Below are positions 45,218-54,046 of a stretch of DNA of 64,000 nt, in pieces. The stretch is taken from positions 3,784 through 67,783 of the forward strand of contig DJHK01000015.1 in the NCBI GenBank assembly GCA_002433065.1, in the 5' to 3' direction. Each line of letters begins with the position of its first letter. Positions within the stretch are counted from its first letter, which is position 1. The position numbers and the translations under genes are program-made. The notes under the pieces are model-generated. The model was not told the origin of the DNA and did not search any database. It worked only from the letters and a program-made list of their open reading frames with translations. This stretch comes from Chloroflexi bacterium UBA6622. Its GTDB lineage: Bacteria; Chloroflexota; UBA11872.

Positions 45218-48200
45218 ATGGCTGATCTTTCGTCAGTCCTCATCATTGGCTCCGGTCCTATTGTGATCGGCCAAGCCGCGGAATTCGACTATGCCGGCAC
45301 ACAGGCCTGCAAAGCGATGCGGGAAGAAGGTGTTCGATCAATTCTGGTGAATTCGAATCCCGCAACAATTATGACTGACGAGGATGTGGCAGACCGGGTA
45401 TATATAGAGCCCCTTACCATTCCGGTTCTGGAGCGTGTAATCGATCGTGAACGACCAGATGGGTTGCTCGCCTCAATGGGTGGACAAACCGCTCTTAACC
45501 TCGCGGTAGAACTCGACAAAGCTGGGATCCTCGAGAAATACGACCTACAACTACTTGGGACGCCTGTTACGGCCATACAGGATGCCGAGGATCGCGAACG
45601 ATTTCGGAGCCTAATGCACGATATTGGTGAACCGGTCCCAGAAAGCCGGATCGTCACGTCATTACCCGAAGCCTGGGATTTCGCACGATCATGCGGATTT
45701 CCGCTCATCATCCGCCCCGCCTACACACTTGGAGGAAGCGGAGGCGGCGTTGCTCGCCATGAAGATGAGTTTGAGGCAGTGGTGACTCAGGGACTACAAA
45801 CCAGTCCAATCCGCCAAGTGCTCGTAGAACGTTCCCTAATCGGGTGGAAAGAAGTCGAGTACGAGGTCATGCGTGATGGTGGGGACAACTGCATAACGAT
45901 CTGTAACATGGAAAATTTCGACCCCATGGGAGTCCACACTGGAGATTCGATTGTTTTCGCTCCTTCTCAAACGCTGAGCGACAAGGAGTACCAAATGCTC
46001 CGAAGCGCTTCGCTAAAGATAATTCGAGCCCTAGGCGTGGAAGGTGGATGCAACGTCCAATTAGCCCTAGACCCAAACTCCTTCGATTACTTTGTAATTG
46101 AGGTGAATCCACGAGTTAGTAGATCGTCAGCGCTCGCCTCAAAAGCTACCGGATACCCAATCGCCAGAATTGCAGCCCGGATCGCGCTGGGTTGGAAGCT
46201 TGACGACCTTCGCAATCCGATTACGCAGAGCACATCCGCAGCATTCGAACCTTCCCTTGATTACGTAGTCACCAAGATCCCGCGATGGCCTTTTGACAAG
46301 TTCAGCCATGCCGACCGTCGCCTCGGAACTCAAATGAAAGCCACCGGCGAAGTAATGGCTATTGAACGAACAATTGAAGCATCGCTAAACAAAGCGGTTA
46401 GAGGTATGGAGAATGGTGGTCGGACCCTTCTGTGGGAGGACTCTCGATGGACCGACGATGAATCGGCCATCTGGTGGCGCATTGAACACGCCCATGACGA
46501 GCGACTGTGGGCGATCATGGCTGCTCTTCGGCGCGGTGCTACAGCATCTGAGATCTCACGGAGATCGGGGATTGATCGATTTTTCATCGAAAAGATGGTT
46601 AATTTACTCACGACCGAACGTCGATTGCTAGGCAACCCCCTTTCCCCAGATCTAGTGTGGCACGCCAAACGACAAGGCTTTTCAGACCACATGATCGCCT
46701 CGTTGAGCGATACGCTTCCAGAAAAAGTACGTGAGTTACGGGAATCCACCGATATTCGGCCCACATACAAAATGGTCGATACCTGTGCCGCAGAATTCGA
46801 CGCAGCCACTCCATATTTTTGGAGCACATACGAAACTGAAAACGAAGCAGTTCCGTCCGGAAACCCATCCGCTGTAGTAGTAGGAAGCGGTCCAATTCGA
46901 ATCGGCCAAGGTATTGAGTTCGATTATTGCTCAGTACATTCAGCATGGGCATTAGGTGAAGCCGGGTTCGACAGCGTAATGATCAACTCCAACCCAGAAA
47001 CCGTCAGCACCGACTTCGACACCTCAACACGACTGTATTTCGAAGCACTTGACGAAGAAAGCGTTACGGAAGTCCTGCAAAACGAAAAGGCCTCCGGTAA
47101 TAACGCGCCTCCAATAGTCGCCCAATTCGGTGGTCAAACCGCGATAAACCTTGCTGGCCCCCTTTACACAGCCGGATTTGAAATCGCGGGTAGCGGCGTT
47201 GCGAGCATCGATGAAGCCGAGAATCGAGATAAATTTGATCGGTTCCTAGAAAAACTGGGCATACTGCGTCCCCCGGGAGCTGCTGTGACCCGAATGTCCG
47301 ATGCCATCGACATAGCCGAACGGCTCGGGTACCCAGTGGTTGCCCGTCCCTCATACGTGCTCGGTGGTCGTGCCATGCAAGTTGTTGATGACCGCGCCGA
47401 TCTCGAACGTTATATAGCCGAAGTTGTTCAGCCTTCTCCGGAACACCCAGTTTTAATCGACAAATATCTTGAAGGCCTTGAGGTTGAGGTAGATGCGATC
47501 TGCGACGGTACTTCCACGCTGGTACCTGGGATCATGGAACACATTGAGCGAGCAGGTGTTCATTCTGGCGACAGTTTTGCTGTCTACCCTCCGATAAGTG
47601 TTGATGCAGAGCAGCAAGCTTCGCTTTTAGACGCTACCCAAAGAATTTGCGCTGGGCTCAACGCACGAGGTCTCGTCAATATTCAGTATGTGCTGCACGA
47701 CGACAAAGTCTATGTAATTGAAGTCAATCCTCGAGCCAGCCGAACCGTACCTTTCTTGAGCAAGGCGACCGGTATACCTATGGTCAAGCTCGCAACCATG
47801 ACAATGTTTGGATCCACTCTGAAAGAACTTGGCTATGAGTCCGGATTAGCCGAAAATCGACCCCTGGTAGCCGTAAAAGCACCCGTGTTTTCAATGTCAA
47901 AGCTTTCGGGCGTTGACACGTATCTCGGGCCTGAAATGAAATCCACGGGTGAGGTCATGGGGTTGGGGGATTCATTCCCCACCGCTCTGAGAAAAGCGAT
48001 GATCTCAGCTGGGATTGACGTCCCTGAGCAAGGTGATGTGCTGGTATCCATTGCTGACCGAGACAAGACTGAAGCCGCTCCCATAATTTCAAGATTATCG
48101 GAGCTTGGGTTTGGATTAGTGGCCACGGAAGGAACGGCATCGTTCATCGAATCTTCTCTTGACCTCTCTGTGCAAAGAGTCAGCAAGATCAGAGCTGGCA

Positions 48201-48430
48201 GTCCTAATGTTGAAGAATTCATTCGTGAAGGACGTGTGGTCCTAGTTATTAATACTTTGACCGGACGCCGCGAAGCCCTTCAAGATGGTCACTACATGCG
48301 ACGGGCTGCAGCCGAAACCCAAACACCTTGCTTAACCTCTCTGGATACAGCCCGAGCACTAGTAGATTCGCTCCCCGACAGAGAACATCCGTACCAAGTA
48401 CAAACTATAGATGAGTATCGGGGAGACTAA
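45218..48430 (+). CDS. carB: Carbamoyl-phosphate synthase large subunit
   Basis: Duplicated ATP-grasp halves [22 protein letters not shown] and [18 protein letters not shown], plus a C-terminal MGS-like domain. ATG 45218 is preferred over TTG 45200. Confidence 0.95.
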   Translation: MADLSSVLIIGSGPIVIGQAAEFDYAGTQACKAMREEGVRSILVNSNPATIMTDEDVADRVYIEPLTIPVLERVIDRERPDGLLASMGGQTALNLAVELDKAGILEKYDLQLLGTPVTAIQDAEDRERFRSLMHDIGEPVPESRIVTSLPEAWDFARSCGFPLIIRPAYTLGGSGGGVARHEDEFEAVVTQGLQTSPIRQVLVERSLIGWKEVEYEVMRDGGDNCITICNMENFDPMGVHTGDSIVFAPSQTLSDKEYQMLRSASLKIIRALGVEGGCNVQLALDPNSFDYFVIEVNPRVSRSSALASKATGYPIARIAARIALGWKLDDLRNPITQSTSAAFEPSLDYVVTKIPRWPFDKFSHADRRLGTQMKATGEVMAIERTIEASLNKAVRGMENGGRTLLWEDSRWTDDESAIWWRIEHAHDERLWAIMAALRRGATASEISRRSGIDRFFIEKMVNLLTTERRLLGNPLSPDLVWHAKRQGFSDHMIASLSDTLPEKVRELRESTDIRPTYKMVDTCAAEFDAATPYFWSTYETENEAVPSGNPSAVVVGSGPIRIGQGIEFDYCSVHSAWALGEAGFDSVMINSNPETVSTDFDTSTRLYFEALDEESVTEVLQNEKASGNNAPPIVAQFGGQTAINLAGPLYTAGFEIAGSGVASIDEAENRDKFDRFLEKLGILRPPGAAVTRMSDAIDIAERLGYPVVARPSYVLGGRAMQVVDDRADLERYIAEVVQPSPEHPVLIDKYLEGLEVEVDAICDGTSTLVPGIMEHIERAGVHSGDSFAVYPPISVDAEQQASLLDATQRICAGLNARGLVNIQYVLHDDKVYVIEVNPRASRTVPFLSKATGIPMVKLATMTMFGSTLKELGYESGLAENRPLVAVKAPVFSMSKLSGVDTYLGPEMKSTGEVMGLGDSFPTALRKAMISAGIDVPEQGDVLVSIADRDKTEAAPIISRLSELGFGLVATEGTASFIESSLDLSVQRVSKIRAGSPNVEEFIREGRVVLVINTLTGRREALQDGHYMRRAAAETQTPCLTSLDTARALVDSLPDREHPYQVQTIDEYRGD

Positions 48431-48432
48431 GG

Positions 48433-49260
48433 TTGCGCAAGCGGCTTGAAGTTGCGCATGTGATTCGAAATGTTCAAATCACAAAGCGTCTCTGGTGGTG
48501 TGAATATATAGCTCCCGAAATTGCGTCTTCCGCCTTACCCGGACAATTTGCCCACGTTTTATGCAGTGAGCCTGACCAACTCGATCCACTACTTCGACGC
48601 CCACTGAGTTTTTCAAGAATTGATCCATCTAAAGGCCATGTAGCCTTTCTCCTCGACACTGTCGGACGAGGCACAACATGGCTGGTGCAACAACCCGCCG
48701 GCGGAGAGATTGACATGCTAGGTCCACTTGGCGCCCCTTTCGAATTCCAGTCTTCCAAATCAAACGTACTGATGGTCGGTGGTGGGATAGGCCTAGCCCC
48801 TCTAATTGCCCTGGCTGACACTGCCCCACAACACGGCATCAACGTACGCCTGCTTGTTGGAGGACGAGATGCTGAACAGATCACGCCTGACGAATGGCTA
48901 CACCCAGACGTAACGTACCTAATCTCCACCGATGACGGCACCGCTGGCCACCACGGATTCGTCACAGACCTTGTGCCGGCACACTACAACTGGAGTGACC
49001 AAATCTGTGTTTGTGGACCAACTCCCATGATGCAAGCAATGGCACAACTTTCACCTCAACTTGCCAAGAAGCATGGGAACGTCCCGATCCACACGTCTCT
49101 CGAGGCTCGAATGGGATGTGCGATGGGTGTCTGTTATTCGTGTGTCGTCAAAACAACCGAAGGGGTCAAGCGTGTCTGTCACGACGGTCCGGTATTCGAC
49201 CAAAACCACCTGACGTGGGAATGGGATCACGAAGCTCCCGGGCACGATCAACAGAGTTGA
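48433..49260 (+). CDS. pyrK: Dihydroorotate dehydrogenase (class 1B) electron-transfer subunit
   Basis: Ferredoxin-reductase-like FAD/NAD fold (RRPLSF, MVGGGIGLAPL). The C-terminal 2Fe-2S cysteines are CAMGVCYSCV..VC. It has a TTG start 2 nt after carB. Confidence 0.85.
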   Translation: MRKRLEVAHVIRNVQITKRLWWCEYIAPEIASSALPGQFAHVLCSEPDQLDPLLRRPLSFSRIDPSKGHVAFLLDTVGRGTTWLVQQPAGGEIDMLGPLGAPFEFQSSKSNVLMVGGGIGLAPLIALADTAPQHGINVRLLVGGRDAEQITPDEWLHPDVTYLISTDDGTAGHHGFVTDLVPAHYNWSDQICVCGPTPMMQAMAQLSPQLAKKHGNVPIHTSLEARMGCAMGVCYSCVVKTTEGVKRVCHDGPVFDQNHLTWEWDHEAPGHDQQS

Positions 49261-49295
49261 TCAACCGTAAAACCTATACGCACGCACAAGGTGTC

Positions 49296-49742
49296 TCAGG
49301 CATCTCGCCATAGCTTTCCCCTCGCCTTAACACGATCCAATCGTGAAACATCGAAACTCGGAAACTCGAACCCGTCCGGCTGTGGGGGCCCGTGAATCCC
49401 AAGCTTGGCTTGAATTTCCGGCCTCGTGTAATACGCGTTGTACGTCTGACGAACTAGCTCAGCAAATGCCTCCGGGGCTGACTTCTCCACAAACCTCAGA
49501 ATTTCGATCTGTTCTTCAGAAGTAAGCTGTATAAACGATGCATCGCCTGTCGATTTCTCAATGGCGTCCAAGGCCCGCAACACAAGCTCATATAGCTCCT
49601 CATGTTCCCGAAGAAACTCGTGGACGATCGAGGCACAGCCAACCGACCCCGCAGCAGGCATGTCGTTTTCAGCAGGAATCAATTGACTCTGAACCTTCGT
49701 AAGTAGCGCAAGCTGCTCGGCGTTAAACAAACGTTCACTCAT
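49296..49742 (-). CDS. Gluconate 2-dehydrogenase subunit-3-family small subunit
   Basis: FNAEQLALLTKVQSQLIPAENDMPAAGSVG matches the family N-terminal pattern. ATG 49742 forms an ATGA overlap with the GMC stop. There is no twin-arginine signal. Confidence 0.6.
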   Translation of the reverse strand: MSERLFNAEQLALLTKVQSQLIPAENDMPAAGSVGCASIVHEFLREHEELYELVLRALDAIEKSTGDASFIQLTSEEQIEILRFVEKSAPEAFAELVRQTYNAYYTRPEIQAKLGIHGPPQPDGFEFPSFDVSRLDRVKARGKLWRDA

Positions 49743-51343
49743 GCATATAAATCCTGAAAGTTTTGACTCACCCAGTCCGCGCACCGGAGTGCAATCGCCT
49801 GAATCGTGCTCGTTGGATTTACGGCTCCGGAGGTCGTAAACACGCTGCCGTCGATGACAAACAGGTTACGGCACTCGTGCGAGCAGCCCCATTGATTGAC
49901 GACAGAACGCTCGGGATCATTGCCCATCCGACATGTACCCATTAAATGCCATCCACTATCCTGCACTAGCGGATCAACCAAAACCTCAACTGCCCCAGCC
50001 GCCTCACATAATTCTTGGGCCCGTGCGATTGCAAACGGCATCATCTTTTTGCTGTTTGCTCCTAACCGGTAACGCACAAGGGGGGCAGGTGTTCCATCCG
50101 CATCGGTAAGCTGCGGATCAATCGTGACCCGGTTTATTTCCTCCGGAAGATCTTCGCCCATCACCGTAATAGTGATTGCATGACGATAAATTTTTCCGAG
50201 TGCACGATGATGGCCCGCTCCCCATGCCACTGGAACTCCAGATAAGCCTCCATTCGCAGTAGTCAACGGACCAACACTCCGACTGAGCTGCAATTCGAAC
50301 CCTCGAACGAATCCTCGAGACAGGTCTGTTTCGTAAAACTCCTGGCAATTCATGAGACCACCAAGAGGGCCTCGCTGCGCATCCAACGGTTCATCAAACA
50401 CGCCCGTCACAAACCCTACCGGGTGGAACATAAGATGAGTTCCGACCAACCCGGAATGGTTAGCCAAACCTTTTGGAAACTGTGACGACACTGAATTGAG
50501 CAACAACCTCGGGGTTCCGATCCCATTGGCCGCCACAATAACGACTCGAGCCGTATGCTCGCGCCGGACACCGGCCTCATCCCGGAAAACCACGCCTCGG
50601 GCACTACCATTTTCATCAACAGTGACCTCCTCGACCCGAGCATGCGTAATCAGATCAACACCATTTCCCATAGCCATCGGCCAATACGTAACGTGAGCGC
50701 TCGACATCGATGCTGTGGGACAACCAATGTCACATGGGCCACAACCATTGCACGCAGATCGGTCATGGCCAAACACCTCACTGATAAGGGCGTTGTCAGA
50801 CGGCCACCAATGCCAGCCCAATTTATCCAGACCCCGAAAATACGCTTCGCAAGCAACATCAAATCCCAAGGGAGGTGTCTGACGTACACCTCGAGGCGGA
50901 TTCCCTGGATCCCCAGCAAGTCCAGATACACCAATCATCGAGTCATTTAGTTCATAGAACGGCTCAAGATCCCAATAGGTCAGCGGCCAGTCATCAGCTA
51001 TGCCATCCAGGGTTCGCACACGGAAATCAGACGGCCGCATACGCGGAAAGTGTCCTGACCAATGCACAGTGCTACCACCCACGGCATTCATCATTAGAGG
51101 TCGAATCGGGGTACCCGAGACATTAATCGGGTAGTCCTCTGGCCATCGACGCACATTAGGATCCTTGTGAAATTCTGACTGACGAGCCAATTCGTAGTCA
51201 GACTGTCCGTGCGAATATTCAGACTTCTCGATCCACCGCCCCTGTTCCAGACAGGTCACCTTCAACCCATTTCTGGACAAAGACCAAGCGGCCGCCGCCC
51301 CCGCAGCACCCGAACCCACAATTAGGACGTCTGACTTAGTCAC
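49739..51343 (-). CDS. GMC-family FAD-dependent oxidoreductase
   Basis: VLIVGSGAAGAAAAWSL (FAD Rossmann) and the C-terminal GTCRMGNDPERSVVN..NLFVIDGSVFTTSGAVNPTSTIQA. Confidence 0.85.
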   Translation of the reverse strand: MTKSDVLIVGSGAAGAAAAWSLSRNGLKVTCLEQGRWIEKSEYSHGQSDYELARQSEFHKDPNVRRWPEDYPINVSGTPIRPLMMNAVGGSTVHWSGHFPRMRPSDFRVRTLDGIADDWPLTYWDLEPFYELNDSMIGVSGLAGDPGNPPRGVRQTPPLGFDVACEAYFRGLDKLGWHWWPSDNALISEVFGHDRSACNGCGPCDIGCPTASMSSAHVTYWPMAMGNGVDLITHARVEEVTVDENGSARGVVFRDEAGVRREHTARVVIVAANGIGTPRLLLNSVSSQFPKGLANHSGLVGTHLMFHPVGFVTGVFDEPLDAQRGPLGGLMNCQEFYETDLSRGFVRGFELQLSRSVGPLTTANGGLSGVPVAWGAGHHRALGKIYRHAITITVMGEDLPEEINRVTIDPQLTDADGTPAPLVRYRLGANSKKMMPFAIARAQELCEAAGAVEVLVDPLVQDSGWHLMGTCRMGNDPERSVVNQWGCSHECRNLFVIDGSVFTTSGAVNPTSTIQAIALRCADWVSQNFQDLYA

Positions 51344-51426
51344 CCGTGCTGCTCATGTATAACCGCCTTCCACGTTCCCTTGCAGCACGTGTAAGCCAAT
51401 ATGGATTCCGACACGTGGACCTCGGA

Positions 51427-52467
51427 TTAGTTCCATCGGTATACCTCAGGATCAACACTGGCCGGCACTACCCGATCCAACTCGGGCCATATTTCCTCAG
51501 GAATTTCGTGAGCCGCCAAGACCAACGTTTGCTCTATTCGACCTGCTCGACTTGCACCTACGATCGTCGACGTAATACGAGGATCTCGCAACGAGAATTG
51601 AAGCGCTGCGGCAGCTAAAGGAACCTGATACCGGTCACAAATCTGCTCCAGTTCGTAGGCCCGATTCACGATATCTTCGTCTGCGTCCTGGTACGCATAT
51701 CGTGGATAGGCCTTCGGCCCACGGGAAAGGATTCCACTACCGTAAGGGGCCGCATTAAGCACCGCTACATTTCGAAGAGCCGCGATCTCTAGCAACGGTT
51801 CCGCGGAGCGATTGAGCAGGGTATAGCGATTGTGCGTAACCACTACCTCAAAACATCCCGTCTCAACATACTGTATTTCCTGATCAATAGGTCCACCAGC
51901 CACACCCAGATGCTCAATTAATCCCTCTTCCTTCATCGACTGCAAAACTTCCACAGGTCCACCCGGTGCCATAATCGACTCATAGGTTGAGTGTTCTGCA
52001 TCATGAAGATGCACGAGCTGAAGACGTTCGAGACCTAAAAGATCAAGACTTCGTTCCACGGATTTACGCATCTGCGCCCCGCTGAAATCCCCAGTTTTCA
52101 GATCACGATCAGCCTTCGTCCCGATAACCCAACCCTCTGGAATTCCCCCAATTTCCCGTAAAACATTGCCAATCCGCCGTTCACTTTCTCCATCCCCATA
52201 CGACGCTGCTGTATCGAGGAAATTTATGGGCCCCGTAAACACCTCCCGCAGCATGCCAACAGCCTCATCTTCTGCTACCTCATAGGCAAAAACTTCCGGC
52301 ATATCTCCAAGAGCAGCTGTGCCCGCAGACAAGGGTGTAACTTGCAGGCCAGTCGTCCCCAGCACTCGAAGCGAAAAATAGTCGTTTGATTTGCTTATGA
52401 CAGAGCCCTCTTGGTAACAGCGAATGGGAGCGAGAGAGAAATTATGTCTCGGCTGGGAGCACGGCAT
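51427..52467 (-). CDS. Aldo/keto reductase
   Basis: LGTTGLQVTPLSAGTAALG, NFLDTAASYGDGESE, QLVHLHD and LNAAPYGSGIL. The N-terminal ~25 aa of the ORF may not be translated, so the start is uncertain. Confidence 0.8.
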   Translation of the reverse strand: MPCSQPRHNFSLAPIRCYQEGSVISKSNDYFSLRVLGTTGLQVTPLSAGTAALGDMPEVFAYEVAEDEAVGMLREVFTGPINFLDTAASYGDGESERRIGNVLREIGGIPEGWVIGTKADRDLKTGDFSGAQMRKSVERSLDLLGLERLQLVHLHDAEHSTYESIMAPGGPVEVLQSMKEEGLIEHLGVAGGPIDQEIQYVETGCFEVVVTHNRYTLLNRSAEPLLEIAALRNVAVLNAAPYGSGILSRGPKAYPRYAYQDADEDIVNRAYELEQICDRYQVPLAAAALQFSLRDPRITSTIVGASRAGRIEQTLVLAAHEIPEEIWPELDRVVPASVDPEVYRWN

Positions 52468-52638
52468 TGAACAACTTCCATTGCAAGCAAGACCGTTCGA
52501 TAGCCTTGCAAAGCAATCCGTCCTTCACCTACATCGAACAACGGTGGCAACCGATCAAGAGCCCCATGTGAAATCTGCTTGATCCGCCGTTGGACCCAGC
52601 CGCACAAGTGACCCCATACGGAGCACCAGTCTTCTGGC

Positions 52639-54030
52639 TCAACCACGAATACCCCGTGACTCAACACGCGCCGCAGCCTCAGCATGCGACTCGACAAAAC
52701 CAAGTGCAAGCTCCCGTGCACGCTCGAGGTCATGGGGCTCAAGTGCCCCGTCAAGCACAAGATCCAGTAGATATTGCTTAATTGGCTTGATCCAAATTCC
52801 CGGCTCTCGATCAAACAATTTCATCAAGGCATGTCCATCAAGCGGGGAATCAAGAGCCGCAACATCCTGTTCAGCTTGTAATTGCTCGCACCGCGCCTGC
52901 AATTCCGCCACTCTTGCCAGACCAGCTTCAACCCGTCTTGGACGATAGCTGGTGATATCTGCTCGCGATAACGCAAGAAGGGACTGCAGTTCTTCGCCAG
53001 CTTCGCGAATGAAACGGCGAACAGCGCCATCGGTCCAATCTGTCTCGTACGAATTGGCACGCATATGGAAGCGAACAATATGAATTACGCTGTCCATCAA
53101 TCGTCCGTCAACCTTGAGCCGACGCAGTATCTGAGCCGCAATCCGAGCCCCCCGTTCCTCATGTCCAAAGAACCGTACTCGGCCACGACGAATAGTCTTC
53201 GTTTCGGGTTTGCCTATATCGTGAAACAGTGCGGCCCAACGAAGTTGGGCTGCGGCGGGAACGCCTGCCACTACCCGCATCGTGTGGCCGAAAACATCCT
53301 TGTGCTGTCGTTTTTCTTCCTGCTCGGTTTGTTGTAACGGGATAAGTTCAGGTATCACTAAATTCAGAATTCCGAGTTCAAGCATCATGACAAGACCACG
53401 ATCAGGCCGGCGGGCCAGCAGAATCAACTCCAGTTCAGCCGCAATACGCTCAACACTGATTTTTGAAAGTTCACGGGCATTACGACGTGCGGCCGCCGCG
53501 GTGTCCGCCTCCACTTGAAAATCGAGTTGGACTGCAAATCTCACGCAACGAAGCACTCGCAAGGGATCCTCACGGAACCTTTCATCCGGTAGACCAACTG
53601 CCCTGATTTGACCAGCGACCACATCAGCTACCCCACCATGCGGATCAATAATTTGCCCAGACTGAACATCTTGGGCCATCGCATTTACCGTGAAATCCCG
53701 GCGACCAAGATCTGCTTCAAGCGACGTTCCAAACTGTACCTCCGGCTTCCTTGAACCAGGTTCGTAAATCTCCGACCTAAAGGTCGTAATCTCCAATTTC
53801 TGTTCTTCGAAAATGACGCCAATCGTCCCAAATCGCTCACCAACCGAATAGATGTCGGAAGCACCAGCACGTCGAGCAAGTACCTTGATACGGTCAGGAT
53901 GGGCGTCAGTCGTAAGATCAATATCGTGCGGAGGACGTCCCATCAGTCGGTCACGAACCGGACCTCCGACCAGGTATAAATCGAAACCGGCCTGTCTAAA
54001 CACGCGTGCAAGACGTCCAGTAGGATTCAT
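52639..54030 (-). CDS. cca: CCA-adding tRNA nucleotidyltransferase / poly(A) polymerase family with HD domain
   Basis: LYLVGGPVRDRLMGRPPHDIDLTT, RRDFTVNAMA, and the HD motif LFHDIGKP. ATG 54030 is preferred because it does not overlap the upstream gene. Confidence 0.85.
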   Translation of the reverse strand: MNPTGRLARVFRQAGFDLYLVGGPVRDRLMGRPPHDIDLTTDAHPDRIKVLARRAGASDIYSVGERFGTIGVIFEEQKLEITTFRSEIYEPGSRKPEVQFGTSLEADLGRRDFTVNAMAQDVQSGQIIDPHGGVADVVAGQIRAVGLPDERFREDPLRVLRCVRFAVQLDFQVEADTAAAARRNARELSKISVERIAAELELILLARRPDRGLVMMLELGILNLVIPELIPLQQTEQEEKRQHKDVFGHTMRVVAGVPAAAQLRWAALFHDIGKPETKTIRRGRVRFFGHEERGARIAAQILRRLKVDGRLMDSVIHIVRFHMRANSYETDWTDGAVRRFIREAGEELQSLLALSRADITSYRPRRVEAGLARVAELQARCEQLQAEQDVAALDSPLDGHALMKLFDREPGIWIKPIKQYLLDLVLDGALEPHDLERARELALGFVESHAEAAARVESRGIRG

Positions 54031-54046
54031 AAAAATGTCGCCTAAC

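Noticed and set aside
51386-51417. Two CACGTG hexamers 26 bp apart between the aldo/keto reductase and the GMC oxidoreductase
   Set aside because: The palindromic hexamers are too short to distinguish from chance, and no extended symmetry surrounds them.
52395-52814. 139-aa minus-strand ORF spanning the cca / aldo-keto-reductase gap
   Set aside because: It overlaps the 3' end of cca in another frame and the AKR 5' end. It has no motifs and is probably spurious. The 171-bp gap (52468-52638) itself showed no tRNA-like or hairpin structure by eye.
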